The position numbers were made by a program, and so were the translations under genes. From a virus, in IMG/VR virus record IMGVR_UViG_3300033153_015023, positions 16,026-80,025 of that record: 64,000 nucleotides of DNA. One strand, given 5' to 3'. Shown piece by piece: positions 10,415 through 21,254 of this stretch (position 1 is the first letter of the stretch; the number at the start of each line of letters is the position of its first letter). The notes beneath the pieces were generated by a model. The model was not told where the DNA came from. It saw nothing but the letters and a program-made list of their open reading frames with translations, and did not search any database.

Positions 10415-10909
10415 TATTAGAAGGGTGGTTATATGAGTAAAACTGGAACTGTTAGAAGACTACCTTCAAGAAAACCAGTAGGGACTTTTATTAAAATTGC
10501 TAATAGAGACCCAGAAGGTTCCCGAAAAGAGAGACGGAAGAAGTTTAAGAACTTCAAAAAAACTTATAAGTCCCCCTGGGGTTATAAGGGAATAACTAAA
10601 AGTATTATCTACTGGTATAAACGTATTAAAAAGAGACGTGTTCGTAGAAAACTGGCTTTAAAAAGTCAAAGGGAAAATAGGAAATGATGGAATCCTTTAT
10701 TGTTTATTATCATTATGTAGTTAACAACAAAACAATTCTTGCTCATAGTGTAATAAAGGTTAATTCTATTGATGAAATAAGGGATATTATGAAAAGAAGG
10801 ATGCTCAAAAATAAACTTCAGGGATTAGAAATTGATTCAATTATAACTAAAGAAAAAGAAACAGCTATGAATAGAGGAAGATTAAATACGTTATAAGAGG
10901 GTATGATAA

Positions 10910-11296
10910 TTGAATACAAAAGAACTTAAATTCAGGATTACATATCAACATGAAGATACAGGACGATTTGTACAAAGAATTATAGAGCTGGGTGAGGCCT
11001 TTCCATATTTAGCAGAAAAGTGGTTTATAGTTGGAAAGGATCAATATATTGGCCTTAAGGATAAATCAGGTAATAAAATATATGATGGGGATATTGTTTA
11101 TATATATGGAAGCGAATTTAATGATATACCTATGAGCAAAAGAACAAAGCAAAAAGTTGTTTGGGCTGAACCATGTTATGCTTTTGTGAATATGGATGTA
11201 GATATAAATACTACCTGTTGTATTTCAACTTATATTACTGGTAGGGATATGGAAATCATTGGTAGTATTTATGAAAATCCAGAATTGTTTGATTGA
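10910..11296 (+). CDS. YopX family protein
   Basis: ELKFR, QYIGLKDKSGNKIYDGDIV, EIIGSIYENPEL. Confidence 0.88.
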   Translation: MNTKELKFRITYQHEDTGRFVQRIIELGEAFPYLAEKWFIVGKDQYIGLKDKSGNKIYDGDIVYIYGSEFNDIPMSKRTKQKVVWAEPCYAFVNMDVDINTTCCISTYITGRDMEIIGSIYENPELFD

Positions 11297-12188
11297 ATAA
11301 GGATAATAAGATGAAAGCAGGTTTAAAAAAACCTTACTGGTGTGGAATCTGTGGTCAAGAATTAGATAAAGAGGATATAGAAGATGGATTAAAGGTGGGT
11401 GAGTTTATCGCAATTTTTTGTAGTAACTGTGATCAATATATTATTATAGATGTAAAAGATGATAAGAAAATATAAGTATATTCATTTTATAAAAATAAAA
11501 GAGAGGCTTAAGAGGTCAGTTTGGATATGTTTAATTAATGACAATGGCCCTGAGATAGGTATTATAAAGTGGTATCCACAGTGGAAAAAGTATTGTTATT
11601 TTCCGCATTGTATGGCTGTTTACAGTATTATCTGTCTTAAAGATATTGCTGATTTTATAGATTGGTTGGGAAAATATAGGGGTAAAAAAGAATGTTAGCG
11701 ATAATGATACTATCTCTTATAATAGGTTGGTGGTTAGGTTTTTTCACCTGCGCACTTTTTAAAGTGGATGGACAGGCACCAAGACCTTTAAAAGATAAAC
11801 AGAAAAATAATTATAATAGGGGATAAAGAGCATGTGTAGAAAATGGCTAGTTCACGCAGTAGCTGAATGTAGAGATTGTGATTTCAGAGAAGAAGATTAC
11901 AAGAAGGCGCAGAAAACCGGTAGAAGTCATTATATAAAAACTGGTCATATGGTTACAATAGAAACTGGATATTGTCAGATTTATGGTGATAGGGGGCAAG
12001 GGAAATGACTACTAAACAGTTAATTAAAATATTAAAAAAAGTACCAGCAAATACACGAGTATATATTATAGGTAAAAGAGAAGATATTTATGATGAGACT
12101 GTCGATAATGTTTTGATTCAATTTGAAAAAAGAACTGGAGAAACAACAGTATATCTTGATAGTGATTATATAAATTGCGGAGATTAAA

Positions 12189-12527
12189 ATGAGTAGAAAA
12201 CTATTATTTTCTGTAACTAAGAAAGACTTAAAGATAACTTGGTTCTCCGGTAAAGGTGGTGGAGGACAGTATAGGAATAAGCACCAAAACTGTTGTAGAA
12301 TTCAGCATGAAGATAGTGGAGTAACTGTAACCGGTCAAGATGAAAGGAGTCAGAAGCAGAATTTGAAGAATGCTTTTTTGAGACTGACAAAACATCCTGA
12401 TTTTAAGAAGTGGTTGAGAATAAAGGCGTCGGAAATGACGTTGGATAAGATTGAGTTTGAAAGGGAAGTGCAAAGGGCTGTAGATGAAATGATGAAATCA
12501 GAAAATCTAAAGATAGAGTATTTTTAA
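12189..12527 (+). CDS. Stand-alone class I release factor peptidyl-tRNA hydrolase (GGQ) domain
   Basis: GKGGGGQYRNK...CRIQH..SG......ERSQKQN...AF.RL; 112 aa with no codon-recognition domain. Confidence 0.87.
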   Translation: MSRKLLFSVTKKDLKITWFSGKGGGGQYRNKHQNCCRIQHEDSGVTVTGQDERSQKQNLKNAFLRLTKHPDFKKWLRIKASEMTLDKIEFEREVQRAVDEMMKSENLKIEYF

Positions 12528-13496
12528 GGAGGAATAGTATGTTAGAATGGACAGAAGAAAAACCGCAGAATGAAGGTAGATATCTTTTCAAATCTTGGAA
12601 AGAGTGGAGGGTGTGTGTAGTAGAAGTTCATTACGGAAAGTGGCAGAGCGCTCAAAATCCTGATTGGCTTTATGCTACTACCGATCCTATAGATAGTATG
12701 AAAGGTCAGTGGTACGGACCTATTCCGGAGCCGTTGAAATGATTCCTAATATGGTTCATCCTCTAAGTAAGCATTGGGATCAGCCTAGTAGAAAAGATAT
12801 TGCAATAGACGATATGTATGCACTTATGGGCAGGGAATCTTTTCAACAATTAAAAAGATATTCTACGTCAATCCCTACTGGAATTTATGAAGGTAAGATG
12901 TGGAAAGCAAGAATTGGAGGCAAATGGTTTTTGAGATGGTTTGGAATTGAAAATAAAGAGGGGTTATTGCCACTTCTGATTAGAGAGATAATTGTAGTGT
13001 AGAGCGAAGGAGCGCGAAAAATGAGTGATAGTATGAGTGAAGAAATTAAAATCTTCGATCAACTAAAGAATTTGGCTGATGGTATTATTGATAATATTAG
13101 TAATATATCAGATGAAGAGATCATCGAAGAAGTAAGAGAAGAGCATAATGATCCCGAATTCGAAGCTAATATCATGCGAGATATCATTAAAGAAGTAAAA
13201 GGTAAGATGGAGAGAGGGGATGAGTGAAATACAATTAATAAATAAACTAGATGTGCCTCTCTATATAGATGTAATATGTTATGGTTGTAAAAGACGTGTA
13301 GCATTATCAAATACACATGAATTTAAATTGATACTATTATAGTGGCAGTTAGGAACTGGAGTATTGCTAGACGTTTAGAAATATTAGAACACAAAACAGG
13401 TATATCAAGGAGAAAACTGAAAAAGTTTGTATGGTAAGGATTTTTACTGATTGAGGAAGAGTGTGTAAAAATAAATCAATTTAAAACATAACTTGG

Positions 13497-14903
13497 TTGG
13501 AAATAATGAGAAGGATAAAATTAGATTATAGGGATAAAATACTTTGTGGTGATACATTGGAGGTTTTAAAAAGTATGGAGGCTGGTATTGTAGATATGTG
13601 TATAACATCCCCGCCATACTGGGGCTTAAGAGATTACGGCACGGCACAATGGGAAGGTGGGGATAATGGATGTGATCATATAAAAGAATATGCTAGAGCA
13701 AACGAATCATTGAAAAATAGTACCCTAGGGCCTTTAAAAAAAGGGCTAGGGGCTAACAATGCGGCTCATATTGCACAAGAAAAACAATATGGAAAAACTT
13801 GCCTTAAATGCGGCGCTATCCGAATAGATAAGCAACTCGGCCTTGAACCGACCATCGATGAATATATCAGCAACATGACGGCAGTATTCGAGGAAGTGAA
13901 AAGGGTGCTGAAGGATACGGGAGTACTTTTTTTAAATATGGGGGATGCTTATGCGAGTGCCAATAGTTGTCGTATCATTGATGGTAATGGGCGAGCAGGT
14001 TTATCATATAATAGCACACCACCCCATAAACGTTCTAATAGATTAGCGAGTAATATTAAAGAAAAAGACCTGATCGGCCAACCCTGGCGCCTTGCTTTCG
14101 CTCTCCAGGCCGACGGATGGTATCTTCGCAGCGATATTATCTGGCATAAGCCCAATCCCATGCCTGAGAGCGTAACTGATAGACCAACCAAGAGTCATGA
14201 GTATCTATTCCTGCTCACTAAGAAAAGCAAGTATTTTTATGATGCGGATGCGGTGAGGGAAGAGCATAAGGAAATCAGCATAAAGAGAAGTCATAGAAAA
14301 TGGGATGGTAATAGGGATATAGGGTCCATTAAGCCTTCTTGGTCAACCTTGAAGGCAGAGAATATGTGTCATCCCGCTGGCCGCAACAAGCGCACTGTCT
14401 GGACTATAGCAACACAAGCATATTCTGGAGCCCACTTCGCAACTTTTCCCGAAAAACTTGTAGAACCATGTATCCGTGCTGGAACCAGTGAGAAGGGTAA
14501 CTGTGCTGAATGCGGCAAGCCGTGGGTGCGGATGGTGGAGAAAACAGATCCTCCCCGGCGTGATGTGAATAGTACATATCCCGGCAGGCAAACCCTTGCG
14601 ACTCAAAAATATAAACATGATGAATCGGGTCCCGTAAAGCATACCATCGGCTGGAAACCTTCCTGCTCCTGCGGTGCGGATACCGTGCGGCCTATTGTAC
14701 TTGACCCATTCATGGGCAGCGGGACCGTCGGCCTAGTAGCGAAAAAGCTGAATCGGGATTATGTTGGCATAGAATTAAATCCAGAATATATTAAAATGGC
14801 GGAAAAACGGATCCGGGGGCAGATGGGATTATTTGTAAAAAATAATGAGCCTTCAGTTAAGATAAAAAAGAAAAGAAGAATAAGAATGAGTATAGGAATA
14901 TGA
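13497..14903 (+). CDS. DNA N4-C/N6-A methyltransferase (beta class) with Cys-rich inserts
   Basis: TSPPYWGLRDY, IIWHKPNPMPES, HFATFP, DPFMGSGT. Confidence 0.92.
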   Translation: MEIMRRIKLDYRDKILCGDTLEVLKSMEAGIVDMCITSPPYWGLRDYGTAQWEGGDNGCDHIKEYARANESLKNSTLGPLKKGLGANNAAHIAQEKQYGKTCLKCGAIRIDKQLGLEPTIDEYISNMTAVFEEVKRVLKDTGVLFLNMGDAYASANSCRIIDGNGRAGLSYNSTPPHKRSNRLASNIKEKDLIGQPWRLAFALQADGWYLRSDIIWHKPNPMPESVTDRPTKSHEYLFLLTKKSKYFYDADAVREEHKEISIKRSHRKWDGNRDIGSIKPSWSTLKAENMCHPAGRNKRTVWTIATQAYSGAHFATFPEKLVEPCIRAGTSEKGNCAECGKPWVRMVEKTDPPRRDVNSTYPGRQTLATQKYKHDESGPVKHTIGWKPSCSCGADTVRPIVLDPFMGSGTVGLVAKKLNRDYVGIELNPEYIKMAEKRIRGQMGLFVKNNEPSVKIKKKRRIRMSIGI

Positions 14904-14976
14904 TCAATTCCTTTATATTCCCTATGTTTTTATGTTATTATGAAGTTTAGAAAATATATTTTTAAAAGAGAGTATT

Positions 14977-15177
14977 ATGAAACTTGGAAAAATAGTAGAA
15001 GGATTGAGGGATAAAAGTTTCCCTTTTTCAGTACGTATTGCTTGTGAAGGTAAAGAGTATATAGAACTAGATGTTTTTAAAGAGTTTCAAGGGAAACTCA
15101 AGACACGTACAGAGACAGATATTATAAAAATATTAAAATCTATTCGTGGGCCGTCTTCTAGCATTACAATTATATAA
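14977..15177 (+). pseudogene. N-terminal fragment of a ParB-like domain, frameshifted from the downstream methyltransferase
   Basis: ...IIKILKSI runs straight into GRLLAL in another frame; the GF..P..DGH core is missing. Confidence 0.5.
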
Positions 15178-16219
15178 GAAGATAGGTGGAAAAATACCTA
15201 AATTACCTGCTTGTCGAATAGAGGCTAGAAATGAAGCGGATGCAAAACAAAAATTATTACGGCTTAATAGTAGATATGGTATAATTGATTTTGATGGTAT
15301 GAGTGAGTTTGTTAATGATATGGAAATTAATATTGATGATTTAGCGTTACCTGATATTAATATAGATGATTTAAAAGTATTATTAACTGGTGAAGAAGGT
15401 ACAAAAGCTGATGATGAGCTGCCTGAAGATATCCTTGTAATATCTAAGTTAGGTGATTTATGGGAATTAAATAATCATAGGATACTATGTGGGGATAGTA
15501 CGGACGCTGAACAGGTTGGAAAACTGATGGCTGGAGAGAAGGCGGACATGGTGTTCACCGATCCGCCTTATGGGATGTTTTTAGATGCTGATTATTCGAG
15601 CATGGAAGGGATAGGGAAAGGGAATAAATACAGCAATGTTAAAGGAGACCATAAAGATTTTAACCCTGAATTAATCAACTCAATTTTTATAAACTTTTCG
15701 TATTGCAGAGAAATATTTTTATGGGGAGCCGATTATTATGCCGAATTGATCCCGAAAAGAAATAAAGGTTGTTTTATCGTATGGGATAAAATGAAAGGCG
15801 GAGAAGGTGCCAATGATAAATATGATAAAATGTTCGGGAGCAATTTCGAATTGTGCTGGAGTAAAACAAGACATAAAAGGGCGATTGCAAGAGTCTTATG
15901 GAAAGGCATATTTGGATTAGAAAAAGAACACGATCACAAAAGGCATCATCCCACCCAGAAACCGACAGAGCTTGTTTTATGGTTTTTGGATAAATTCTCA
16001 AAAAACAATAAACCGATCACCGACCCCTTCCTCGGCTCCGGCTCTACCCTCATCGCCTGTGAGAAAACCGATCGCATCTGCTACGGCATGGAAATCGAAC
16101 CGCACTATGTAGATGTATCTGTTCGTAGATGGATTGATTGGTGTAAACAAAATAATAGAGCTATAAAAATAAAACTGAATGGGAAGATTGTAAAAGAAGA
16201 TATATTGATAAATAAGTAA
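15146..16219 (+). CDS. DNA N6-adenine methyltransferase with truncated ParB-like N-terminus
   Basis: GDLWEL..HRILCGDST, FTDPPYG, HPTQKP, DPFLGSGSTLIAC. Confidence 0.9.
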   Translation: MGRLLALQLYKKIGGKIPKLPACRIEARNEADAKQKLLRLNSRYGIIDFDGMSEFVNDMEINIDDLALPDINIDDLKVLLTGEEGTKADDELPEDILVISKLGDLWELNNHRILCGDSTDAEQVGKLMAGEKADMVFTDPPYGMFLDADYSSMEGIGKGNKYSNVKGDHKDFNPELINSIFINFSYCREIFLWGADYYAELIPKRNKGCFIVWDKMKGGEGANDKYDKMFGSNFELCWSKTRHKRAIARVLWKGIFGLEKEHDHKRHHPTQKPTELVLWFLDKFSKNNKPITDPFLGSGSTLIACEKTDRICYGMEIEPHYVDVSVRRWIDWCKQNNRAIKIKLNGKIVKEDILINK

Positions 16220-16250
16220 AAAGTTATTATGTTAATATATGAGGTAAGAG

Positions 16251-16610
16251 ATGGTAATTAAATTAACAGAAGATTTAGAAAAACAAATATGCACATATGT
16301 AGGGCAGGGAAATACGTTTGAAAGAGCATGTAGATTGGTAGGTTTAAATGATAAAATATATAGGTTATGGAAAACACGAGGTGAAAAGGAAAAGAGTGGT
16401 AAATATTTTAAGTTACTACAAAATGCAAAAGTTGCTGAAGATAAATATAAAGCGTTTAATATTGCAACTATTCTAACTGCTGCAAAGGGTGGATCATGGC
16501 AGGCATCAGCATGGTTACTTGAACGTAATTATCCTGTAGAATTTGGTAAACAACAGCATACTTGTTCTAATAGTAGCACAAAAATGGCTAAAAATGCTGG
16601 TTTAGAATAA
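16251..16610 (+). CDS. HTH protein, terminase small subunit-like
   Basis: KLTEDL..QIC.....GN....AC...G, SWQASAWLLER; upstream of terminase. Confidence 0.55.
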   Translation: MVIKLTEDLEKQICTYVGQGNTFERACRLVGLNDKIYRLWKTRGEKEKSGKYFKLLQNAKVAEDKYKAFNIATILTAAKGGSWQASAWLLERNYPVEFGKQQHTCSNSSTKMAKNAGLE

Positions 16611-16718
16611 GATTTCTTTGTGTTTTTATGTTATTATGGATCATATTTGATTAAAAAACGTTTATTATTATATAGAATTTGATTGTTTTTTAGTCTTTGT
16701 TAGAGGAATAGGGATAAA

Positions 16719-17195
16719 ATGAAATTATCTGATAGGCAAAAAATAGCAGCTCGATTGATGGCAGCAGGGGTTTCTCAAGTAAGAATTGCTGAGCGGTTAG
16801 GAGTAGACCCTAATACTGTTCATCTTTGGAGAAAGAAAAAACCTTTTCGTAAAGAATGGGATTTCTGGAGAAGGAAGGGTGTAGAAGTTTTTGAAAAACG
16901 AATGGAACAATTACTTGGGCTTGGAGCAGACAGGGTAACGGATATTTTATTAGATGGTAAAGATAATGATGCACTAACAGCTTTTGATAAAGTTATGAGA
17001 GCTACTGGGAGGTATAAAGACAAGATAATTGTTGAGGAACCTAAGCCGGAGGAGGATCCGATTGAGCAAATCAGAGGCATTGTTAGAGATATCAACGATA
17101 CTCTCGGAATCCCAGATACAAAAGTGGGAGAAGAAGATAGCAAAACTGAAGAAGGCAGGCGACCCAGACAGCTTGATGAAAGCAACTCTAAGTGA
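16719..17195 (+). CDS. HTH protein, probable terminase small subunit
   Basis: LSDRQKIAA.L.A.G.SQ..IAERLGVD.NTV..W; overlaps the terminase large subunit start. Confidence 0.65.
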   Translation: MKLSDRQKIAARLMAAGVSQVRIAERLGVDPNTVHLWRKKKPFRKEWDFWRRKGVEVFEKRMEQLLGLGADRVTDILLDGKDNDALTAFDKVMRATGRYKDKIIVEEPKPEEDPIEQIRGIVRDINDTLGIPDTKVGEEDSKTEEGRRPRQLDESNSK

Positions 17196-18864
17196 AGATA
17201 AATTTAACGAGTTAATAGATTTCCATATAGAGATAAAAAAAGTACATCAAGAAGAGAAAATATTAAAAAGATATGAAACAGATCCGGCTACTTTTATAAA
17301 TAACGAATGTTGGGTTTTCAACCCAGATAAAAGTCCATCTATTCTTAGATTTAAACTATATGATTATCAGAGAGAATTTGTTAAAAAACTATATAAAAAG
17401 TATTTGAACCAAGAAAATATATTGGATGAAAAAACAAGGCAGATGGGATTAAGCTGGTTATACATGGCTTTTTTCTTATGGGGATTACTATTTGATCCAG
17501 GTTTTTCTGGCTTTGTAATGTCATATAAAGAGAAGTTGGTTGATGATGGTGGTTCAGAATCTACAATAGATAGTTTACTTGGCAAACTTAGATTTATGAA
17601 TGATTATCTTGGTAGGGATAGTGAGAGTAAAATCATTAATGAAGATATAAGCAGACTGAGCCAGGAACTTCATTTTAAATATCTTAGAATTAACAATAAA
17701 ACAACTGGTGCATATTTAGTCGGCTCAAGTGCTAATCCTAATGCTGGTAGAGGAGGTAGTTATAGAATAGGTCTTTGGGATGAGACTGCATCTACTCCTA
17801 AATCAGAAATCATCTTTCCTGCGTTTCATCAAGCAGTGAGATGTCAGTGTTTAAATAGTACAGTTAGAGGTAAAGGGAATGTCTTTGCAAGACTTCGACA
17901 CACACCGGATTCCGACTATGAAGTTGTAACACTACACTGGGCTTTGCATCCGGAGAAAGCGGAAGGGATGACGTGGGAGAATGGGAAGCCGACTTCTCCC
18001 TGGTATGAAAAACAATGTCTTGATCTTTCCCCAACACAGGTAGCACAGGAAATTGATATTGATTATGAAGCATCTGTTGAAGGAAGAGTTTACGATAAGT
18101 TTAGTAGATTAGTACATGTAAGAACGCTAGACTTTAATCCAGATTGGAAGAGCAGTTCGATTATTGCTTGGGACTTAGGTGTATCTGATGAGACGTTTGG
18201 TAGTGTAATGCAGATGGATAATCAAGGTAGTATTGGCGTTATAGATGAGATAGTAGGAACAGATGAAGAGATTTCGTTTTATATAGGTTTGATTTGTGGA
18301 GTTGAACCTGCGGAGTTGAAGTTTATGTCTGCGGATAGAAAGAAGATGTATTTAGACTTTTTAACTCGATCTCGAAAGTTTGGATATAGAGATTTGATTC
18401 AAGTTGCAGGACCAGATGCTGTTCAGCGTAGTATAACTTCAAAGAGATCTGTTAGAGATCAGTTTTTGAGAGCCGGTTCGTTAGGAAGAGATTCACAGGG
18501 TAAAATTACTGATCGTCGGTATAGGAACTTAAGGATGATTCCTCTAACTGGCTATAAGATAATGGATCGGATTATTGCTGCAAAGAAGTTGATGAATCCT
18601 CAAAATAATCATTTAGTTATTTCAGATAGATGTGTTAATTTAATAGAACGATTGTTAAACTATAAGTGGACAAAAACAACTGAAGGGATGAATAAAGAGT
18701 CTCCAGAGCATGATTGGGCAAGTCACGGAAGTGACTCATTTGGATATGGAATTTTGTGGTATATGAAACATAGAAGTGTTTTGAGAAAACCATTACTAGG
18801 AGAAACAAGATCAAGGGGGCAAAGGCAGGGAATAATTTCAGTAATGAAGGTAGGTACAAAATAA
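17176..18864 (+). CDS. Terminase large subunit
   Basis: LYDYQ, Walker A EKTRQMGLSW, Walker B GLWDE, coupling NST, nuclease AWDLG and HGSDSFGY; ATG 17176 preferred. Confidence 0.9.
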   Translation: MKATLSEDKFNELIDFHIEIKKVHQEEKILKRYETDPATFINNECWVFNPDKSPSILRFKLYDYQREFVKKLYKKYLNQENILDEKTRQMGLSWLYMAFFLWGLLFDPGFSGFVMSYKEKLVDDGGSESTIDSLLGKLRFMNDYLGRDSESKIINEDISRLSQELHFKYLRINNKTTGAYLVGSSANPNAGRGGSYRIGLWDETASTPKSEIIFPAFHQAVRCQCLNSTVRGKGNVFARLRHTPDSDYEVVTLHWALHPEKAEGMTWENGKPTSPWYEKQCLDLSPTQVAQEIDIDYEASVEGRVYDKFSRLVHVRTLDFNPDWKSSSIIAWDLGVSDETFGSVMQMDNQGSIGVIDEIVGTDEEISFYIGLICGVEPAELKFMSADRKKMYLDFLTRSRKFGYRDLIQVAGPDAVQRSITSKRSVRDQFLRAGSLGRDSQGKITDRRYRNLRMIPLTGYKIMDRIIAAKKLMNPQNNHLVISDRCVNLIERLLNYKWTKTTEGMNKESPEHDWASHGSDSFGYGILWYMKHRSVLRKPLLGETRSRGQRQGIISVMKVGTK

Positions 18865-18867
18865 ATG

Positions 18868-18897
18868 TAAAGAAATTTGGTTAAAGATATGTATTAT
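18868..18897 (+). promoter_or_regulatory. Promoter-like motif TAAAGA-N17-G-TATTAT, copy 1
   Basis: Intergenic, after terL and upstream of the oxidoreductase/acyltransferase block. Confidence 0.7.
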
Positions 18898-19073
18898 AGA
18901 GTAGAGAGGTAATATAAAATGGAAGCAAGACTTGAAGTTAGTTATGATGGATTCGATCCAAAACTTGATGAGAAGATTATAGAGATCATGAAAAAAATTG
19001 ATGCTGAATGGTATATATCGGGGTATGATCATAAAACAAAAAGACGAGATATTTGTTTTGATTTGGAGGTAAA

Positions 19074-19391
19074 ATGAAAAGACCGGAGAAGGTGAAGTTG
19101 GGATGGAAGGAATTAGAGATTACATACAAACCGCATGTGATTTCAGAAGACGGAAAGGATTGTTTTGGTTTGGCTCAATATCATAAGGGAGTGATCTTTA
19201 TTTCTGAAGATCACTATACTGAGGCAAATCTAAAGATCAGGGGTTTGCTTCATGAGCTGCTGCATATGATCGACTTTCACTATGCAACCGAGCTTTCGGA
19301 AGCACAGGTATCTATGCTTGCAATTGGATTGGGAGATCTCTCTGCACAGAATCCAGGATTGATGAAATACATATTTGAGGATATGAAATGA
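19074..19391 (+). CDS. Small HEXXH metallopeptidase-like phage protein
   Basis: CFG......I.I.......LLHELLH. Confidence 0.65.
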   Translation: MKRPEKVKLGWKELEITYKPHVISEDGKDCFGLAQYHKGVIFISEDHYTEANLKIRGLLHELLHMIDFHYATELSEAQVSMLAIGLGDLSAQNPGLMKYIFEDMK

Positions 19392-20338
19392 TTGACGTTG
19401 CTCTTGTAGGTTGCGGACGAATATCTAAAAGGCATGTTGAGGCAATTTCAGCTACACGCGGCATTCGTATCAATATGGTATGTGATATTGATAAAGTGAG
19501 AGCACATGCACTTGCAGGTCCACTTGGTGTTTCATATTCAACAGATATGCAAATGATTCACGAAGCAGATGTAATTGTAGTTGCAACTCCCTCAGGTCAT
19601 CATCCGAAGCACGTAATCAGTATAGCAGAGAATTGTAGCGTGAAGTACATTCTCTGTGAGAAACCTCTTTCGCTTACCGTTAGGGAAGCTATTGAGATGT
19701 ATAATTTTACAGAGAAGAAGGGTAAGTGTCTGTTGCCTATTTATCAGAATCGATATAATCCAATCATTCAGTACATGAAGCAATTTCTGACTAATAGAAG
19801 GTTAGGAACGATTTATCAAGTAATTGTAAATGTGTTATGGAATAGGGATGATGAGTATTATAAAATTGGTTGGCATGGGACAAGAGATCTTGATGGAGGC
19901 GTTCTATATACACAAGCAAGTCATTATGTGGATATGTTACTCTACCTCTTCGGACCAATTTCAGAAGCGAAAGGATTCGGAACTCATCGGAGAGGTTGGG
20001 AAGTTGATGATTCGGTTTCTGCGACAATCCGGTTTGGAGAGGGTGCCGTTGCGAGTCTAAATGCTACCGTTAGCGTATACGAAAAGAACTTTCTTACTGA
20101 GATGACAATAATTGGTGAGGAAGGTACTGTTCGACTTTCTGGAACAAATTTGAATGAGGTTGATTTTTGGAACGTTGAAGGAATGAAGAAACCTGATATC
20201 GATTTCAAGCAGGATCACATTTATGGTAAAGGACACGATGCTGTGTATAAGTATATTGTCGATGAGAATTGGAAAATGTTTCCGGCAAAACAGGAAGTGA
20301 TAGATGGAATTTCATTAATGGAGAAATTATCTTTTTAG
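19388..20338 (+). CDS. Gfo/Idh/MocA oxidoreductase, WbpB/WlbA-like sugar-nucleotide 3-dehydrogenase
   Basis: GCGRIS..H, ATPSG.H, CEKP, QNRYN, WNR...YY, WHGT..LDGG...QASHYVD. Confidence 0.85.
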   Translation: MIDVALVGCGRISKRHVEAISATRGIRINMVCDIDKVRAHALAGPLGVSYSTDMQMIHEADVIVVATPSGHHPKHVISIAENCSVKYILCEKPLSLTVREAIEMYNFTEKKGKCLLPIYQNRYNPIIQYMKQFLTNRRLGTIYQVIVNVLWNRDDEYYKIGWHGTRDLDGGVLYTQASHYVDMLLYLFGPISEAKGFGTHRRGWEVDDSVSATIRFGEGAVASLNATVSVYEKNFLTEMTIIGEEGTVRLSGTNLNEVDFWNVEGMKKPDIDFKQDHIYGKGHDAVYKYIVDENWKMFPAKQEVIDGISLMEKLSF

Positions 20339-20346
20339 GAGGTTGC

Positions 20347-20880
20347 ATGCAGGGTTATTTTATTCATGAAAGTAGTTATATCGACAGCAACGTTGATATT
20401 GGAGATGGTACAAAGATATGGCATTTCTCTCATATTTTAGAGGGAGTGCGAATTGGAAAAAATTGTACTATAGGGCAGAATGTAATGATTGGTCCAGACG
20501 TTGAAATAGGAGATGGATGTAAGATCCAGAACAATGTTTCTATTTATAAAGGAGTTACTTTAGAGGACGGTGTCTTTTGTGGACCATCATGCGTATTTAC
20601 AAATGTTATCAATCCACGGGCTTTCATTGATAGGAGGAGAGAGCTTAAACCGACTCTCGTTAAGACGGGAGCAACTCTCGGAGCTAATTGTACAATTATT
20701 TGCGGCGTTACAATTGGTGAGTATGTAATGGTAGCTGCCGGAGCTGTTGTAACAAAAGACGTTCCTGATTATGCATTGGTTATAGGAGTTCCTGCTCGAA
20801 ATATAGGTTGGGTATCGAAAGAAGGAATAAGAGTAAAGAAAACACCATGTAAACAGGTATTATATAATAGAAGGAGGTAG
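20347..20880 (+). CDS. WbpD/WlbB-like hexapeptide-repeat N-acetyltransferase
   Basis: [38 protein letters not shown]. Confidence 0.9.
   Translation: MQGYFIHESSYIDSNVDIGDGTKIWHFSHILEGVRIGKNCTIGQNVMIGPDVEIGDGCKIQNNVSIYKGVTLEDGVFCGPSCVFTNVINPRAFIDRRRELKPTLVKTGATLGANCTIICGVTIGEYVMVAAGAVVTKDVPDYALVIGVPARNIGWVSKEGIRVKKTPCKQVLYNRRR
20834..20863 (+). promoter_or_regulatory. Promoter-like motif, copy 2
   Basis: TAAAGA-N17-G-TATTAT at the 3' end of the acyltransferase gene, upstream of the RNA region. Confidence 0.7.
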
Positions 20881-21074
20881 AGAGGTTTGAATAGGGATCT
20901 TAAAAAGGTTAGAGAAATTGGAATAATTAGATGGTTGCTGATTTCTCTAACCGAAGGAGAAGCCAATGAAGTAGTGAAAGCTCGCGAGAGTATAAATCAA
21001 GAACTTGTTTTATAGATTAAAGTATTTCGTTGCGGAAAATCGAAAGCAATTTGTAGTGAGATTGTGAGTAGGGT

Positions 21075-21192
21075 AGCAAGGTGGTGGAATTGGTAGACAC
21101 TAAAAAGCGCAAGATGTAGCGACCTTGCGGTGTCCGATTAAGTTACGGTTCGATAAGAAAACGTCTTGCAGGTTCGACTCCTGCCTTTGCTA
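21075..21192 (+). ncRNA. tRNA-Leu-like RNA with a 67-nt central domain and no canonical anticodon arm
   Basis: Acceptor AGCAAGG/CTTTGCT, D arm GTGGAATTGGTAGACAC, T arm GCAGG-TTCGACT-CCTGC, discriminator A, no encoded CCA. Confidence 0.75.
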
Positions 21193-21254
21193 TAGCTTCT
21201 TCTTACAATATAGAGGAAGCAGTTCTCCCGACATCAATTGTTTGAGGAATTTGG

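Noticed and set aside
14912-16640. Further copies of the promoter motif at the TTTTTATGTTATTATG sites (about 14927 and 16623)
   Set aside because: They have a TATTAT box but lack TAAAGA at the fixed spacing; possibly a different promoter class, not counted.
17029-17175. N-terminal extension of the terminase large subunit
   Set aside because: It overlaps the small subunit gene by over 140 nt; ATG 17176 is the more plausible start.
21075-21192. Standard tRNA-Leu, group I intron-containing tRNA or tmRNA
   Set aside because: No canonical anticodon arm; insert far too short; a D stem is present and tmRNA/Ala identity elements are absent.
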